Both the position numbers and the translations under genes were made by a program. Source: a virus. From it: 64,000 nt of DNA. The stretch lies in IMG/VR virus record IMGVR_UViG_3300028127_000003. One strand, 5' to 3'. Positions 53,331 to 62,362 of this stretch are shown piece after piece (the first letter of the stretch is position 1; each line of letters opens with the position of its first letter). Under the pieces are notes generated by a model. It was not told the origin of the DNA. It made no database searches and saw only the letters and a program-made list of their open reading frames with translations.

Positions 53331-55004
53331 TTATTCTATAACCTCTATCTCGAGTTTAGAGAATCCATTTTCTCTATATATTTGTATCTTTTTATCAAAT
53401 AATTCATGGGGAAGAACAGTGTGATTAATTACGAAAGTATTAATCTTACTATCTTTAATAACCTGTGATAGAATTTTAAGAATATTGTGGACTCCATCTG
53501 CATCTACTGAAGATAATAACTCGTCTAAGAATAAAAGATTTAATTGTGGAAATCTTAACTTAAGTATTTTAATGATAGCAATAATTATAATAAAGTCTGC
53601 CTTCTTTCTTTCACCTGTAGATAATGTAAGTGGATTGATCTCTTCTCCTAAATGATTAATAAGACAATTAAACTTTTCATCGAATCTTATATGGAAAGGT
53701 AAGTGCATTGTCTGACCCATTGCGGCAATATTAGCATTAAGACCTGGTAAAATAGTTTGAATTGCAAGGTTCTTAACGCCATCTTCACCTAGAACCTCTT
53801 CTATTATTTCTAAGAAATTATAGTTACCAGAAGTTTCATCCTTTAAATTTGACTTTGATGATTCTTGTATTTCGAATTCTTCAATGATTTGCTTTAAGTG
53901 TGAAAAATCATTATTAGAATTTAAAGAATCTTTTATCTTTACTAATTCATTCTTTAAATTTCTAATGTTAGTATTAATAGTAGACACTTTATCGTTAATT
54001 GCCTTGTCCTTAATTCTTAAATCTGAAATATTAGATTTAATATCATTCACCTTTGTTTCTGCCTTTGAGATATCAGAAGGAAGAGATTCTGCCTTAGACT
54101 CTATTTCTTTTTTTCTTTCTTGGTGAAAAGAAGAGGTTAGTTCGCCTTCACATGTTGGACATTTATCAGTTTCATATAACGCTAGCTTTTTCTTTAATTC
54201 TACTAACTCATATTTAAGTGAAGTATATTTAGATTGTTTTTCCTGTAAGTCAGAAGAATTAGAAGTAATCATTTTAGATACTTTGGTGCTTGCCTCTTCT
54301 AATTTAATTCTATTAGAATCATATTTTTTAAGACTAGTTTTCAAAGATTCTATTTCTTCTTTGTTTTTAGTGTCAGCTTCTGCTAGTAATTGATTTAATT
54401 TCATATTAACTGAAACTATATTTTCACTAAGCTGGCTTAATTCTTTTTCATAAGAATCTAATTCTATTTTAAGATCTCTTCTTTCATCTTTAATCTGCTT
54501 TTGCATATCATTAAGGATGGAGAATCCAAACATTTTATCGATGATTTGTCTTTTATCATGATTTGTCATTGTTAAGAACGACTTAAAATCATTTACAGAT
54601 AAAATTATAATGTTTTTAAATACATGATATGGGATTCCGAATATCTCTTCTTCTAAATAATCCTGAACTGATTTCTTACCTGCTTTATCAAATTCAATTC
54701 CATTTAAAAGAACTTTAAATCTATTAGGCATCAAACCTCTCTCGATTTCTACTATAGTTCCTTTACATTGAAGTTCTATTCTTACCCATAATTCCTTATT
54801 AATTCTATTAGGAAGGTCCGCCATCTTAACACCTTCAACTTTACCGTATAGCGCATATACTATTGCATTGGCGATGGTAGTTTTACCATGACCATTTTTA
54901 CCAAGAGTTAATAACAACTCCGCTTTATCATCTTCGAATTCTATCCTTTGAATTGAATTTCCGTATGATGCAAAGTTTTTAAATTCTATTGATTTGATTT
55001 TCAT
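53331..55004 (-). CDS. gp46: Recombination endonuclease ATPase subunit (gp46 / Rad50-like)
   Basis: FKNF.SYGN, G.NG.GKTT, CPTC zinc hook, LSTGE signature, LFLDE, INH. Confidence 0.95.
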   Translation of the reverse strand: MKIKSIEFKNFASYGNSIQRIEFEDDKAELLLTLGKNGHGKTTIANAIVYALYGKVEGVKMADLPNRINKELWVRIELQCKGTIVEIERGLMPNRFKVLLNGIEFDKAGKKSVQDYLEEEIFGIPYHVFKNIIILSVNDFKSFLTMTNHDKRQIIDKMFGFSILNDMQKQIKDERRDLKIELDSYEKELSQLSENIVSVNMKLNQLLAEADTKNKEEIESLKTSLKKYDSNRIKLEEASTKVSKMITSNSSDLQEKQSKYTSLKYELVELKKKLALYETDKCPTCEGELTSSFHQERKKEIESKAESLPSDISKAETKVNDIKSNISDLRIKDKAINDKVSTINTNIRNLKNELVKIKDSLNSNNDFSHLKQIIEEFEIQESSKSNLKDETSGNYNFLEIIEEVLGEDGVKNLAIQTILPGLNANIAAMGQTMHLPFHIRFDEKFNCLINHLGEEINPLTLSTGERKKADFIIIIAIIKILKLRFPQLNLLFLDELLSSVDADGVHNILKILSQVIKDSKINTFVINHTVLPHELFDKKIQIYRENGFSKLEIEVIE

Positions 55005-56116
55005 GCTTCGTTATCGTAATTATATGCACATTTATCATGCAAGTTTTTTAAACTAGTCTTAACTCTTTCTCTAGTTTCGTCATCATGTGGAAGACCATCA
55101 ACGAACGTATTACATAGGTGTAGAATGTTATAGTTCTTATAGAGATCTTCTATTTCATCCATATCATATAAGTCCTTATCTAAGAAAGAATCTAATTCAT
55201 ATATGTTTGGTTCTATTCTTCTACCTATTTTTTGTATTTTGTTTATTAATCTTGACAGTGCACTTGTTGTTGCAATATTAGAAGGAACATATAAATCTAC
55301 ATAATTATTTCTAATCTTATCTTTAAATTCACCAAGAGAAACATTGTAAAGACCTGTAAGATAAAACTTTACGAACTTAGGTGATATAGTATTTTCGTAA
55401 AAGGTTTCTTCCATGGTTCCTAGATCAACCATATCAAAGCCCTTAGTGTTACCCGAATCAGATCTTGTTAATTCGTAAGGAGTTCCTACTAATCTTAACT
55501 TTCCTTTAGTTTGTCTATAATGAATATGTCCTGAATAAACTGCATCATAGTTTTTATAAGAAATAGTATCTGTTCCATGGTGGTTTTTAACTTTAGAATT
55601 TAAAGAAACTCCTGAAACTTCAGAATGGCAAAATACAATATCTGAATTTGGAAATTGTGCAAGTGTTTCTGCTTCATGTGTGGAATCTCTTCTCCATGGC
55701 ATTAAGAGAACTTTCTTTCCTCCCCATTTAAATTCCCTAGGTTCCTTATATACTGCAACGTTAGGAATCCACTTTAAAGAATCTATTGAACTTACATCAT
55801 TGGATTTTTTAGCCCATATATCATGGTTACCGCATATAACATGAACTGGCAAAATTTCACCTAATCTTTCAAAAAGATCTACTGCATAGTGCAGAACTCT
55901 TAAGTTTATACTTTGTCTATTATCGAATGCGTCTCCAACCTGAACTAAAATGTCGCCTTCTTTGACATCTCTTTTTAGTGTTGGAATAAATTGGTTTTCG
56001 TAAAAATCTTTCTGTGTCTGTAACCATTCCAGAGAATTAGAACGAACTCCAAGGTGCATATCTCCGAGAATCCAGATTCTATTTACTGGTTTCTCTAATA
56101 CCTTTGGCTCTATCAT
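55001..56116 (-). CDS. gp47: Recombination endonuclease nuclease subunit (gp47 / Mre11-like)
   Basis: LGD.HLG.R, GD.FDNR, GNHD, SGHIH, GTP..LT.SD. Confidence 0.95.
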   Translation of the reverse strand: MIEPKVLEKPVNRIWILGDMHLGVRSNSLEWLQTQKDFYENQFIPTLKRDVKEGDILVQVGDAFDNRQSINLRVLHYAVDLFERLGEILPVHVICGNHDIWAKKSNDVSSIDSLKWIPNVAVYKEPREFKWGGKKVLLMPWRRDSTHEAETLAQFPNSDIVFCHSEVSGVSLNSKVKNHHGTDTISYKNYDAVYSGHIHYRQTKGKLRLVGTPYELTRSDSGNTKGFDMVDLGTMEETFYENTISPKFVKFYLTGLYNVSLGEFKDKIRNNYVDLYVPSNIATTSALSRLINKIQKIGRRIEPNIYELDSFLDKDLYDMDEIEDLYKNYNILHLCNTFVDGLPHDDETRERVKTSLKNLHDKCAYNYDNEA

Positions 56117-56118
56117 TT

Positions 56119-56565
56119 TTAGAAAAGTTTATTTATGTTCTTTCTTTTTAAGACGTTTGTTTTCTTGTCAAGTTCTTGAATAAGGGCTTCCTTATATTTG
56201 TTACTTAGTGAAGAATAAAATTTAGTTGGATTGATATTAAAGTAATCGCATAGTTCTGAAAATAAATCTATTATAGAAAACTTTGTGCTTAGTTCGTCAT
56301 ACATAAACCCATACACTTCATTTATGTCTAATTTTCTTAATTTAGTTATCTGCTGAAATTCATCTACCTCATTAAACTTCTTAAATCTTGAAGCCTCTAT
56401 TAATTCATGAATCTTATTTCTGATTTGTTCACTTTCTATTTTATCTTCTTCGTCTCTGTTATCCGTGTATTGTGGATTAAGGTTAAATGAAATAGTTCCA
56501 TTTAGTTCAAAGTCTCCGCCGTCTTCGAAAGTGTTGTCAAATATTTTATCTCTTTTTGTTCTCAT
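56119..56565 (-). CDS. Hypothetical protein; C-terminus possibly gp33-like late coactivator
   Basis: IDLFSELCDYFNINP..F...LS..YKE.L..E loosely resembles gp33. Confidence 0.35.
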   Translation of the reverse strand: MRTKRDKIFDNTFEDGGDFELNGTISFNLNPQYTDNRDEEDKIESEQIRNKIHELIEASRFKKFNEVDEFQQITKLRKLDINEVYGFMYDELSTKFSIIDLFSELCDYFNINPTKFYSSLSNKYKEALIQELDKKTNVLKRKNINKLF

Positions 56566-56567
56566 AA

Positions 56568-57881
56568 TTATAAGCTGTGTATGTTAGAATTAGTAACTTC
56601 ATCGGTCTCTGTAAGTCTCATGTAATTATAGTTAATTCCTAATTTACATTTAGATCCTCTACCTTCACCGTCTCGTATTTTCAATATTTTAAGCCAGTAT
56701 TCATAACTAGCTCTCATCATATCGTCTTGTATAATACCAAGCATAATATCTGCAGTATGTGATAGACCTGCTGATTCTGCAACATCTGTCATTGTGATAT
56801 CGCTTGAATTATAACCGTTTCTTGTAATCTGTGTTGCTGTTACAATTAGCCATCCGTTTCTTACACCCATTGCTCTAAGATCTTCTGCAATCTGCTTGAT
56901 CTTAAGATATGTGTTTTCAGAATTAGGATTTCTAAAATTAGAAAGAATATTAATATAGTCAATAACTACTGCACCTAGTTTTATTTTTCTTTCTTCTTCA
57001 ATTTGCTTTAAGTATGCTTCAATATCTGGAACAGTCGCCTGTGATGTTGGAAATTGTTTTACAAATAATTGACCAGGGGGAGTAAAGCCGTCTCCTACTG
57101 TTTCTAATTTTCTTTTGATCAAATCAGAATTTTTAGATTTTTCTTCGTAGTCTGAAATATTTATGCTTAGTAAATTAGAACCGATTCTTTTCATAAATTT
57201 AATAGCTGACATTTCTGCAGTGATTACCGCAGTGTTTGTTCCCATCTTTACAAAATTAGCGGCATCGTTAGCAAGGTAAATTGATTTACCGATATTCTGT
57301 TCACCTACATAAACAACTAAAGAACCATCTTTATCATAACCACCATTTAAGGCTCGATCTAAAAAGTTATATCCTGTAGATACTTTAACGGCATCTTCGA
57401 AAGAGTGATCCTCTGGTTTAAAGAAGTCTAATCCTAGGTCAGAGTTAAATACGATAGAGTTTCTATCATTAATTAAAGTTTTAACCTTAGAGATGATCGA
57501 GTCTGCATTATCCGGTGTTACTTCAGTTGTTTTAATATACTCGATAGTATCTATAAGAGTATTATCAAAGTTACGCCATTTAATCCATGCTTCGGCTGTA
57601 GAAGTTAACCATTCTTCGTCATATTGGTCAAGGTCTACATTATATACAATATCTATAATAGACTCTTCAACCTTTCCTGAAATCTTATCATTCTTAATAA
57701 GCAGTTTCATTTGCTCGTTAGAAGGAGTTTCATGAAACTTATCATAGAACTTAGTAGCAAGGAAGTGTATTAAGTCAATATCTTCTGAGGTGTAGAATCC
57801 TCGTTTAATATTTCCTAGATACTTGGGTTTCTGTAAAGATAATTTAAAGAATATTTTTTCAAAATCAGGTCCAAATTTCAT
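56568..57881 (-). CDS. gp41: Replicative DNA helicase (gp41 / DnaB-like)
   Basis: TGY.FLD...GG, GEQNIGKS, ..EMS, KQFPT, IDYINI, TATQ..R, AES.GL..TAD. Confidence 0.95.
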   Translation of the reverse strand: MKFGPDFEKIFFKLSLQKPKYLGNIKRGFYTSEDIDLIHFLATKFYDKFHETPSNEQMKLLIKNDKISGKVEESIIDIVYNVDLDQYDEEWLTSTAEAWIKWRNFDNTLIDTIEYIKTTEVTPDNADSIISKVKTLINDRNSIVFNSDLGLDFFKPEDHSFEDAVKVSTGYNFLDRALNGGYDKDGSLVVYVGEQNIGKSIYLANDAANFVKMGTNTAVITAEMSAIKFMKRIGSNLLSINISDYEEKSKNSDLIKRKLETVGDGFTPPGQLFVKQFPTSQATVPDIEAYLKQIEEERKIKLGAVVIDYINILSNFRNPNSENTYLKIKQIAEDLRAMGVRNGWLIVTATQITRNGYNSSDITMTDVAESAGLSHTADIMLGIIQDDMMRASYEYWLKILKIRDGEGRGSKCKLGINYNYMRLTETDEVTNSNIHSL

Positions 57882-57891
57882 ATTATAGTTT

Positions 57892-58485
57892 TTATACTTG
57901 TTCTACCACTAAATCACCATTTGTTTTTGCAAAAGGTACATCTGACCATAAATTAATTGCAATTGCCTTTCTAGTTCCCTTAGTAACCGTATCGACTGCA
58001 TGGACATCATCACCTGCTCTAAATATAATTAATCTATTAGGTCGGGTTTGAATTACATCAGGCGCTTTATCCTTTCCTGCAGTATGAACTATTAATTCTC
58101 CTCCTTCAAACTCAGGCTGTGGCGGATAATATACAGTGCCTATTACAGGTCTTACTATTTCTTCTCCGTTGGTTTTCTTGAACCAAGATTCATCTTTATC
58201 AAAATGAAATCCTAAATTGTCCTTATGTCCTAATGTAGGATTAGCAGACTGAATACCTGTCCAATATTCAAATCCTGCTATATCCCATACTTCAGATATT
58301 GGGCAATCATTTGCCCAAATAGCTGATATAAGCCTTTGTTTTACTGTAGGTTCATGGCCTGGTTCTTCGTTGAACCATCCTTTCCACCAGTAATAAACAC
58401 CTGGATCTGCAAAAAATGTGTTATCATTTGCAATATCTCTGAGGAGTTTTTCATCTTTAATAAAGTTGTCTCTAATTGTTATCAT
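57892..58485 (-). CDS. 2OG-Fe(II) oxygenase
   Basis: FEYW, FHFDKDE (HxD), V.YP...GGEL, NRL..F.....H.V....G.R.AI.IN.W. Confidence 0.85.
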   Translation of the reverse strand: MITIRDNFIKDEKLLRDIANDNTFFADPGVYYWWKGWFNEEPGHEPTVKQRLISAIWANDCPISEVWDIAGFEYWTGIQSANPTLGHKDNLGFHFDKDESWFKKTNGEEIVRPVIGTVYYPPQPEFEGGELIVHTAGKDKAPDVIQTRPNRLIIFRAGDDVHAVDTVTKGTRKAIAINLWSDVPFAKTNGDLVVEQV

Positions 58486-58793
58486 AGGAATGGGTTAATT
58501 AATATTTTATAAGCTTCTTTACCTTCGTTCGAATTGGTTTGTTCTATTAGTCCCATACCAATTGCTTCATTTAATCCGGATTCTACATTTTCATTTTTCC
58601 CCTTTGCGAAATATTTATTGAGAGCATGTTTGGTGAAAGACGCCTTTTGTCTGTCAGGCTGTCTCACTGCTCTAGTTATAAATATATGCATAATGTCAAA
58701 TGCATCGGGAAAAGATTCTAATTCTTCTTGTATTCCCAGAATATATTTAATTGGAAGCTTATCTTCGTTTATCTTGTTTATGTTCAACTTCAT
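58482..58793 (-). CDS. Hypothetical protein
   Basis: ORF track; overlaps both neighbours at start/stop. Confidence 0.65.
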   Translation of the reverse strand: MKLNINKINEDKLPIKYILGIQEELESFPDAFDIMHIFITRAVRQPDRQKASFTKHALNKYFAKGKNENVESGLNEAIGMGLIEQTNSNEGKEAYKILINPFL

Positions 58794-59902
58794 TATGCTT
58801 CACTATCTTCTAACATTTCTTCTACGTCAATTTCAGAAATTTCAGTGTTGTAATTAAACAAAGGTTGAATGTGCGATTCGATTTGCTCTAGTACGGTTTG
58901 TGTAAATACCATTTCAGAAAAGAAATCTTTATTCGCAACAGTATGATCTAGGTGTTTACATATCCATGTTCTTGCTGTTGCCTTTGGAATCTTTTCTCCT
59001 TTTACAATATTTCCTCTAGTAATTCCACAAATATCCCATGTAGCATATTGTTCTAATCCAACATAAGGATTCATACCTTCTGTAAAGTTTAAGTGAAACT
59101 TAATAGGATGTGGCTTTGCAAATCTATTTTTATCAGGTTTAGCCGTAACTATAATACCTACTTTTTCAGCTCCGTCCTTTAATTGAGCCTTGTTTAACAT
59201 CAGTACAATTGATGCTGCATACTGTGGTCCTGTTCCACCACCTGCGATTTGCATTGGAATAAAGGATTGAGATTGGTATGTATGGTTTGTAAATAAGAAA
59301 GGTATTTTAAGATCTGCTAATGGAGTCATTATAATTCTAAAGATAGATTTTAAAACCTTAGATCTAGTCATATCTGATTTGTCAGAACCACTTGCTGCAT
59401 CTGCTATTTCTTTCGCAGTCGCTAAGTTACCGGCTGAATCTAAAATAATCATTACTTTAGGAACTTCACCACCTGCTCTTTTAGCATCTTGCATTTTCTT
59501 AGTAATTGTAGTTACAGAAGTTCTAAAATCTTGAACTGTATTTGTAGGTTGGTAATTTACTTTGGAAGTATCAATTCCAAACTTTTCCATTTGTTCCTTA
59601 TCAACGGCTGCTTCAGAATCATAATAAATTACACTATATCCTTTATCAATAGCTTCTCTAACTGTGTTTAACATTAAGAATGTTTTACCTGTTCCTGAAG
59701 GACCAGCGATAGATGATGATCTATTGTTTGGCCATCCTTTAAATAATGAACCTGATACACATGCGTTCAAATGATAATTTCCTGTGTGAATCCAATCTGT
59801 TACCTTTGAAAAGTTTGAAGTTTCCATGATAGATCCTAATGGATTTAAATCAGCTAATTGCTTATTTAAATCGTCGAATGTAAAGTCTTTATTTTTTGCC
59901 AT
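58793..59902 (-). CDS. uvsX: UvsX / RecA-like recombinase
   Basis: TG.Y.LNA.VSG, GPSGTGKT, YYDSE, LDS.GNL, D.TR, TNHTY, GGTG..Y.AS. Confidence 0.93.
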   Translation of the reverse strand: MAKNKDFTFDDLNKQLADLNPLGSIMETSNFSKVTDWIHTGNYHLNACVSGSLFKGWPNNRSSSIAGPSGTGKTFLMLNTVREAIDKGYSVIYYDSEAAVDKEQMEKFGIDTSKVNYQPTNTVQDFRTSVTTITKKMQDAKRAGGEVPKVMIILDSAGNLATAKEIADAASGSDKSDMTRSKVLKSIFRIIMTPLADLKIPFLFTNHTYQSQSFIPMQIAGGGTGPQYAASIVLMLNKAQLKDGAEKVGIIVTAKPDKNRFAKPHPIKFHLNFTEGMNPYVGLEQYATWDICGITRGNIVKGEKIPKATARTWICKHLDHTVANKDFFSEMVFTQTVLEQIESHIQPLFNYNTEISEIDVEEMLEDSEA

Positions 59903-60077
59903 TTTTAAATATGTTTTTTTCTTGTTTTCTTAGTGTTTCGAGTTCTTTAATAAGAACATCGGATTCCTTTTTCATAGAATCCATTTTTTCTTGAAGAGAA
60001 ACTAGCCTATTATAGAGTGTTTTGTATTTTGCAACAAATACATTCTGTTCTTCCGTAAGATTATTTGGATCAAGCAT
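59889..60077 (-). CDS. Small coiled-coil hypothetical protein
   Basis: ORF track. Confidence 0.6.
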   Translation of the reverse strand: MLDPNNLTEEQNVFVAKYKTLYNRLVSLQEKMDSMKKESDVLIKELETLRKQEKNIFKNGKK

Positions 60078-60246
60078 TGTTTTTTCTTTCTTCTATTTCG
60101 TCAAAGATACTAATTTGTTTAGGATCATTTGAAATTGTTTTTTCTTTAAAAATTAAAGGCCAAATCATTTTTCTTACCTTATCTCCTAATTCATAATTAT
60201 TAGGGGTTTGTTCAACCAATTCTATTATTTTACTTTTAAAATCCAT
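60070..60246 (-). CDS. Small hypothetical protein (58 aa)
   Basis: Own translation MDFKSKIIELVEQTPNNYELGDKVRKMIWP...QISIFDEIEERKNNA; fills the gap. Confidence 0.55.
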   Translation of the reverse strand: MDFKSKIIELVEQTPNNYELGDKVRKMIWPLIFKEKTISNDPKQISIFDEIEERKNNA

Positions 60247-60257
60247 TTTGTTTATTT

Positions 60258-61457
60258 TTAGAATAATGAAGATGAATATATTAGATTTCTGTTTAGTCTC
60301 TGAAGACCTACTGAAGATAATACTCTATTGATAGGATCTATTACAGATTTTTCAAATTGTGTTTCATAATCTACCTGTGGTGCAATTTCATAAGGATGGG
60401 CACCTGGTTGATATGCATACATTTCACATACATTATGTTTACAATGATATAATTTTAGCTTTTCGCCATTACCAATCATTTTATACTTGTTTTTATATTT
60501 TGGATTCTGATTCATTAAGAAGTTATAGAATCCTGCTGCCTTGACGTTCGGAGGACATTTTAAACCATATTGAAATTCTATCGTATCATCTACAATGTAT
60601 TTTTCAATATTATTAGTTCTTTTATTGAAAGCTATTTCATCAACATTAGACATCTTAAACTCTTTCTTTGCCGTTTTCAAAAAAGAAACTAATCTACTTA
60701 ACATCTCTGCAGTTGGCTTTTCAGATAAAATCAATTTAAGAGCTTCAGTCAAATGCTTTCTTGCTAATGTAGGAGTAGAAGATTGAATAGTATCAAATCC
60801 AATCGTCTTAATCTTCTTAAGAGAAGGGTATCTATCGTCTACTTCGAGCTTATCTTCCCATGCAATGTCTTGTAAATATTTCTTTTTAGCTAACCATATT
60901 CCTGAATATGCAATTGTTTCTAAATCGAAATATAAAAAGTTGTCTGTGTTCGTAACTTCGGCATACTTTGCCATACATTTCGTGATATAGTCTTTGATTC
61001 TGAACGTATATAATTCCATAATAAACTTATCAATTGGTAGTTTATTATCTCCTAGCCATTCAATAGATTCATACATTTCTTCAAACTGAACGTAACATGA
61101 ATCTGTATCAATATAAACCACGGAAGGTCTTACTAATTTATTCTTAATAGAAATATTGAAATGTTCATGGACCACAGTATCTTTAGGCCAAAACTCTTGA
61201 AAATATTTATTAAGAATCTTTTCAGAATATAGAATTGCATTCTGTCCTTGTAGTGTAATAGATTCTGCAATGTCTATATTAAAAAAGTGAAACCACTTAT
61301 TACCAAATGCACCATAGATCGAGTTAAGAGTTACTTTAACGGCCTGTTCGTATGCAGTAAACTTGGCGGACATTGTTTGATAGTGATCCGCCAAGGTTTG
61401 CATTTCATCCCGTGTAAGGTCGTCTTCGGGCTTGTTAATTAGTGTGTTTATATCCAT
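60258..61457 (-). CDS. gp43: Family B DNA polymerase, C-terminal subunit (split gp43B)
   Basis: Motif B KVTLNSIYG, motif C YIDTDS, KKKY; no exonuclease domain or motif A (DxxSLYPS). Confidence 0.88.
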   Translation of the reverse strand: MDINTLINKPEDDLTRDEMQTLADHYQTMSAKFTAYEQAVKVTLNSIYGAFGNKWFHFFNIDIAESITLQGQNAILYSEKILNKYFQEFWPKDTVVHEHFNISIKNKLVRPSVVYIDTDSCYVQFEEMYESIEWLGDNKLPIDKFIMELYTFRIKDYITKCMAKYAEVTNTDNFLYFDLETIAYSGIWLAKKKYLQDIAWEDKLEVDDRYPSLKKIKTIGFDTIQSSTPTLARKHLTEALKLILSEKPTAEMLSRLVSFLKTAKKEFKMSNVDEIAFNKRTNNIEKYIVDDTIEFQYGLKCPPNVKAAGFYNFLMNQNPKYKNKYKMIGNGEKLKLYHCKHNVCEMYAYQPGAHPYEIAPQVDYETQFEKSVIDPINRVLSSVGLQRLNRNLIYSSSLF

Positions 61458-61460
61458 AAA

Positions 61461-62216
61461 TTACTCTGCTGTTTGGCAAGTTGCAATCGTTAGCAAAGTT
61501 TCTGAATCATTAGATCTAAGAACTACTCTATTGTCTAATACATGGGCAGTGTAATCTTCTTTATCTAAAAGGTTAAGATATTTTTTGAATAATGTAACGT
61601 TAGTTCCTGATTCACCGTCATAATCTGGTGTTACTAACATGTTGTAGGTTTTTCCTAAAAGCTTTACACCATTTCCGTTTGCATTTATTGAGAACGTTTC
61701 TTCTTTATCTAAAGAGAATAGGTTTCTTACCTTTGCAAGTGAAGTGTAATCTAAATCGAATTTAAAAGTAGAAGCTTCGGTGTTAAAGATACCTTGAATC
61801 TGTGCATCAGTTAGATCTTTATAACCTAAAGATGGCTCTGAACATGCAAGTGTAATTTCTAATTCATCATTAAATATTTTGAATGTAGTTGCAACACAAT
61901 CTTCTTCGTTTTCAACGAATTCGATTTCAGCTGAAATAGCATCATAGTCAAATTGTTTGAATGCATCTGTTATTTTAGAAGCGTCAAAGAATGCAATCTT
62001 TAATTCTTTGTCTGTAGAGATTTCACCATCTTCGATTTGAAAAACTTGAGAAATCGGCATTCTGTGATGCTTAACAGCATCTCTTTGTGGTAAATAAGCG
62101 GATGCCTGTACGACACCATCTTTTAATTTAAAATAGACAAAAGAATCAATTACTTTAAGTCTATTAACGAAGCCGATGAAGTTGTTTGAATCGACCTTAC
62201 TGATTGAAATTTTCAT
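61461..62216 (-). CDS. gp45: Sliding clamp (gp45-like)
   Basis: About 250 aa acidic protein beside the polymerase; MKI..., repeated beta/alpha pattern, K..LNLL...DY. Confidence 0.65.
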   Translation of the reverse strand: MKISISKVDSNNFIGFVNRLKVIDSFVYFKLKDGVVQASAYLPQRDAVKHHRMPISQVFQIEDGEISTDKELKIAFFDASKITDAFKQFDYDAISAEIEFVENEEDCVATTFKIFNDELEITLACSEPSLGYKDLTDAQIQGIFNTEASTFKFDLDYTSLAKVRNLFSLDKEETFSINANGNGVKLLGKTYNMLVTPDYDGESGTNVTLFKKYLNLLDKEDYTAHVLDNRVVLRSNDSETLLTIATCQTAE

Positions 62217-62242
62217 GAATGTATAATTTTTATTTGTTTATT

Positions 62243-62271
62243 ATTCTACACAAAAATCACAAATAGTTTCA
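62243..62271 (-). promoter_or_regulatory. TGAAAC-N17-TAGAAT promoter
   Basis: Upstream of the clamp-polymerase-uvsX operon. Confidence 0.7.
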
Positions 62272-62273
62272 GT

Positions 62274-62312
62274 AAAAAAAGTGAGGCCAGGAAGTAGCGA
62301 ACTCCTGGCCTC
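62274..62312 (-). terminator. Intrinsic terminator after nrdA
   Basis: GAGGCCAGGA/TCCTGGCCTC stem plus T7. Confidence 0.85.
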
Positions 62313-62362
62313 GATCCGAGAACTATCTCGGTCCTAAGAAGTGGACTTAACCACAACTAATC

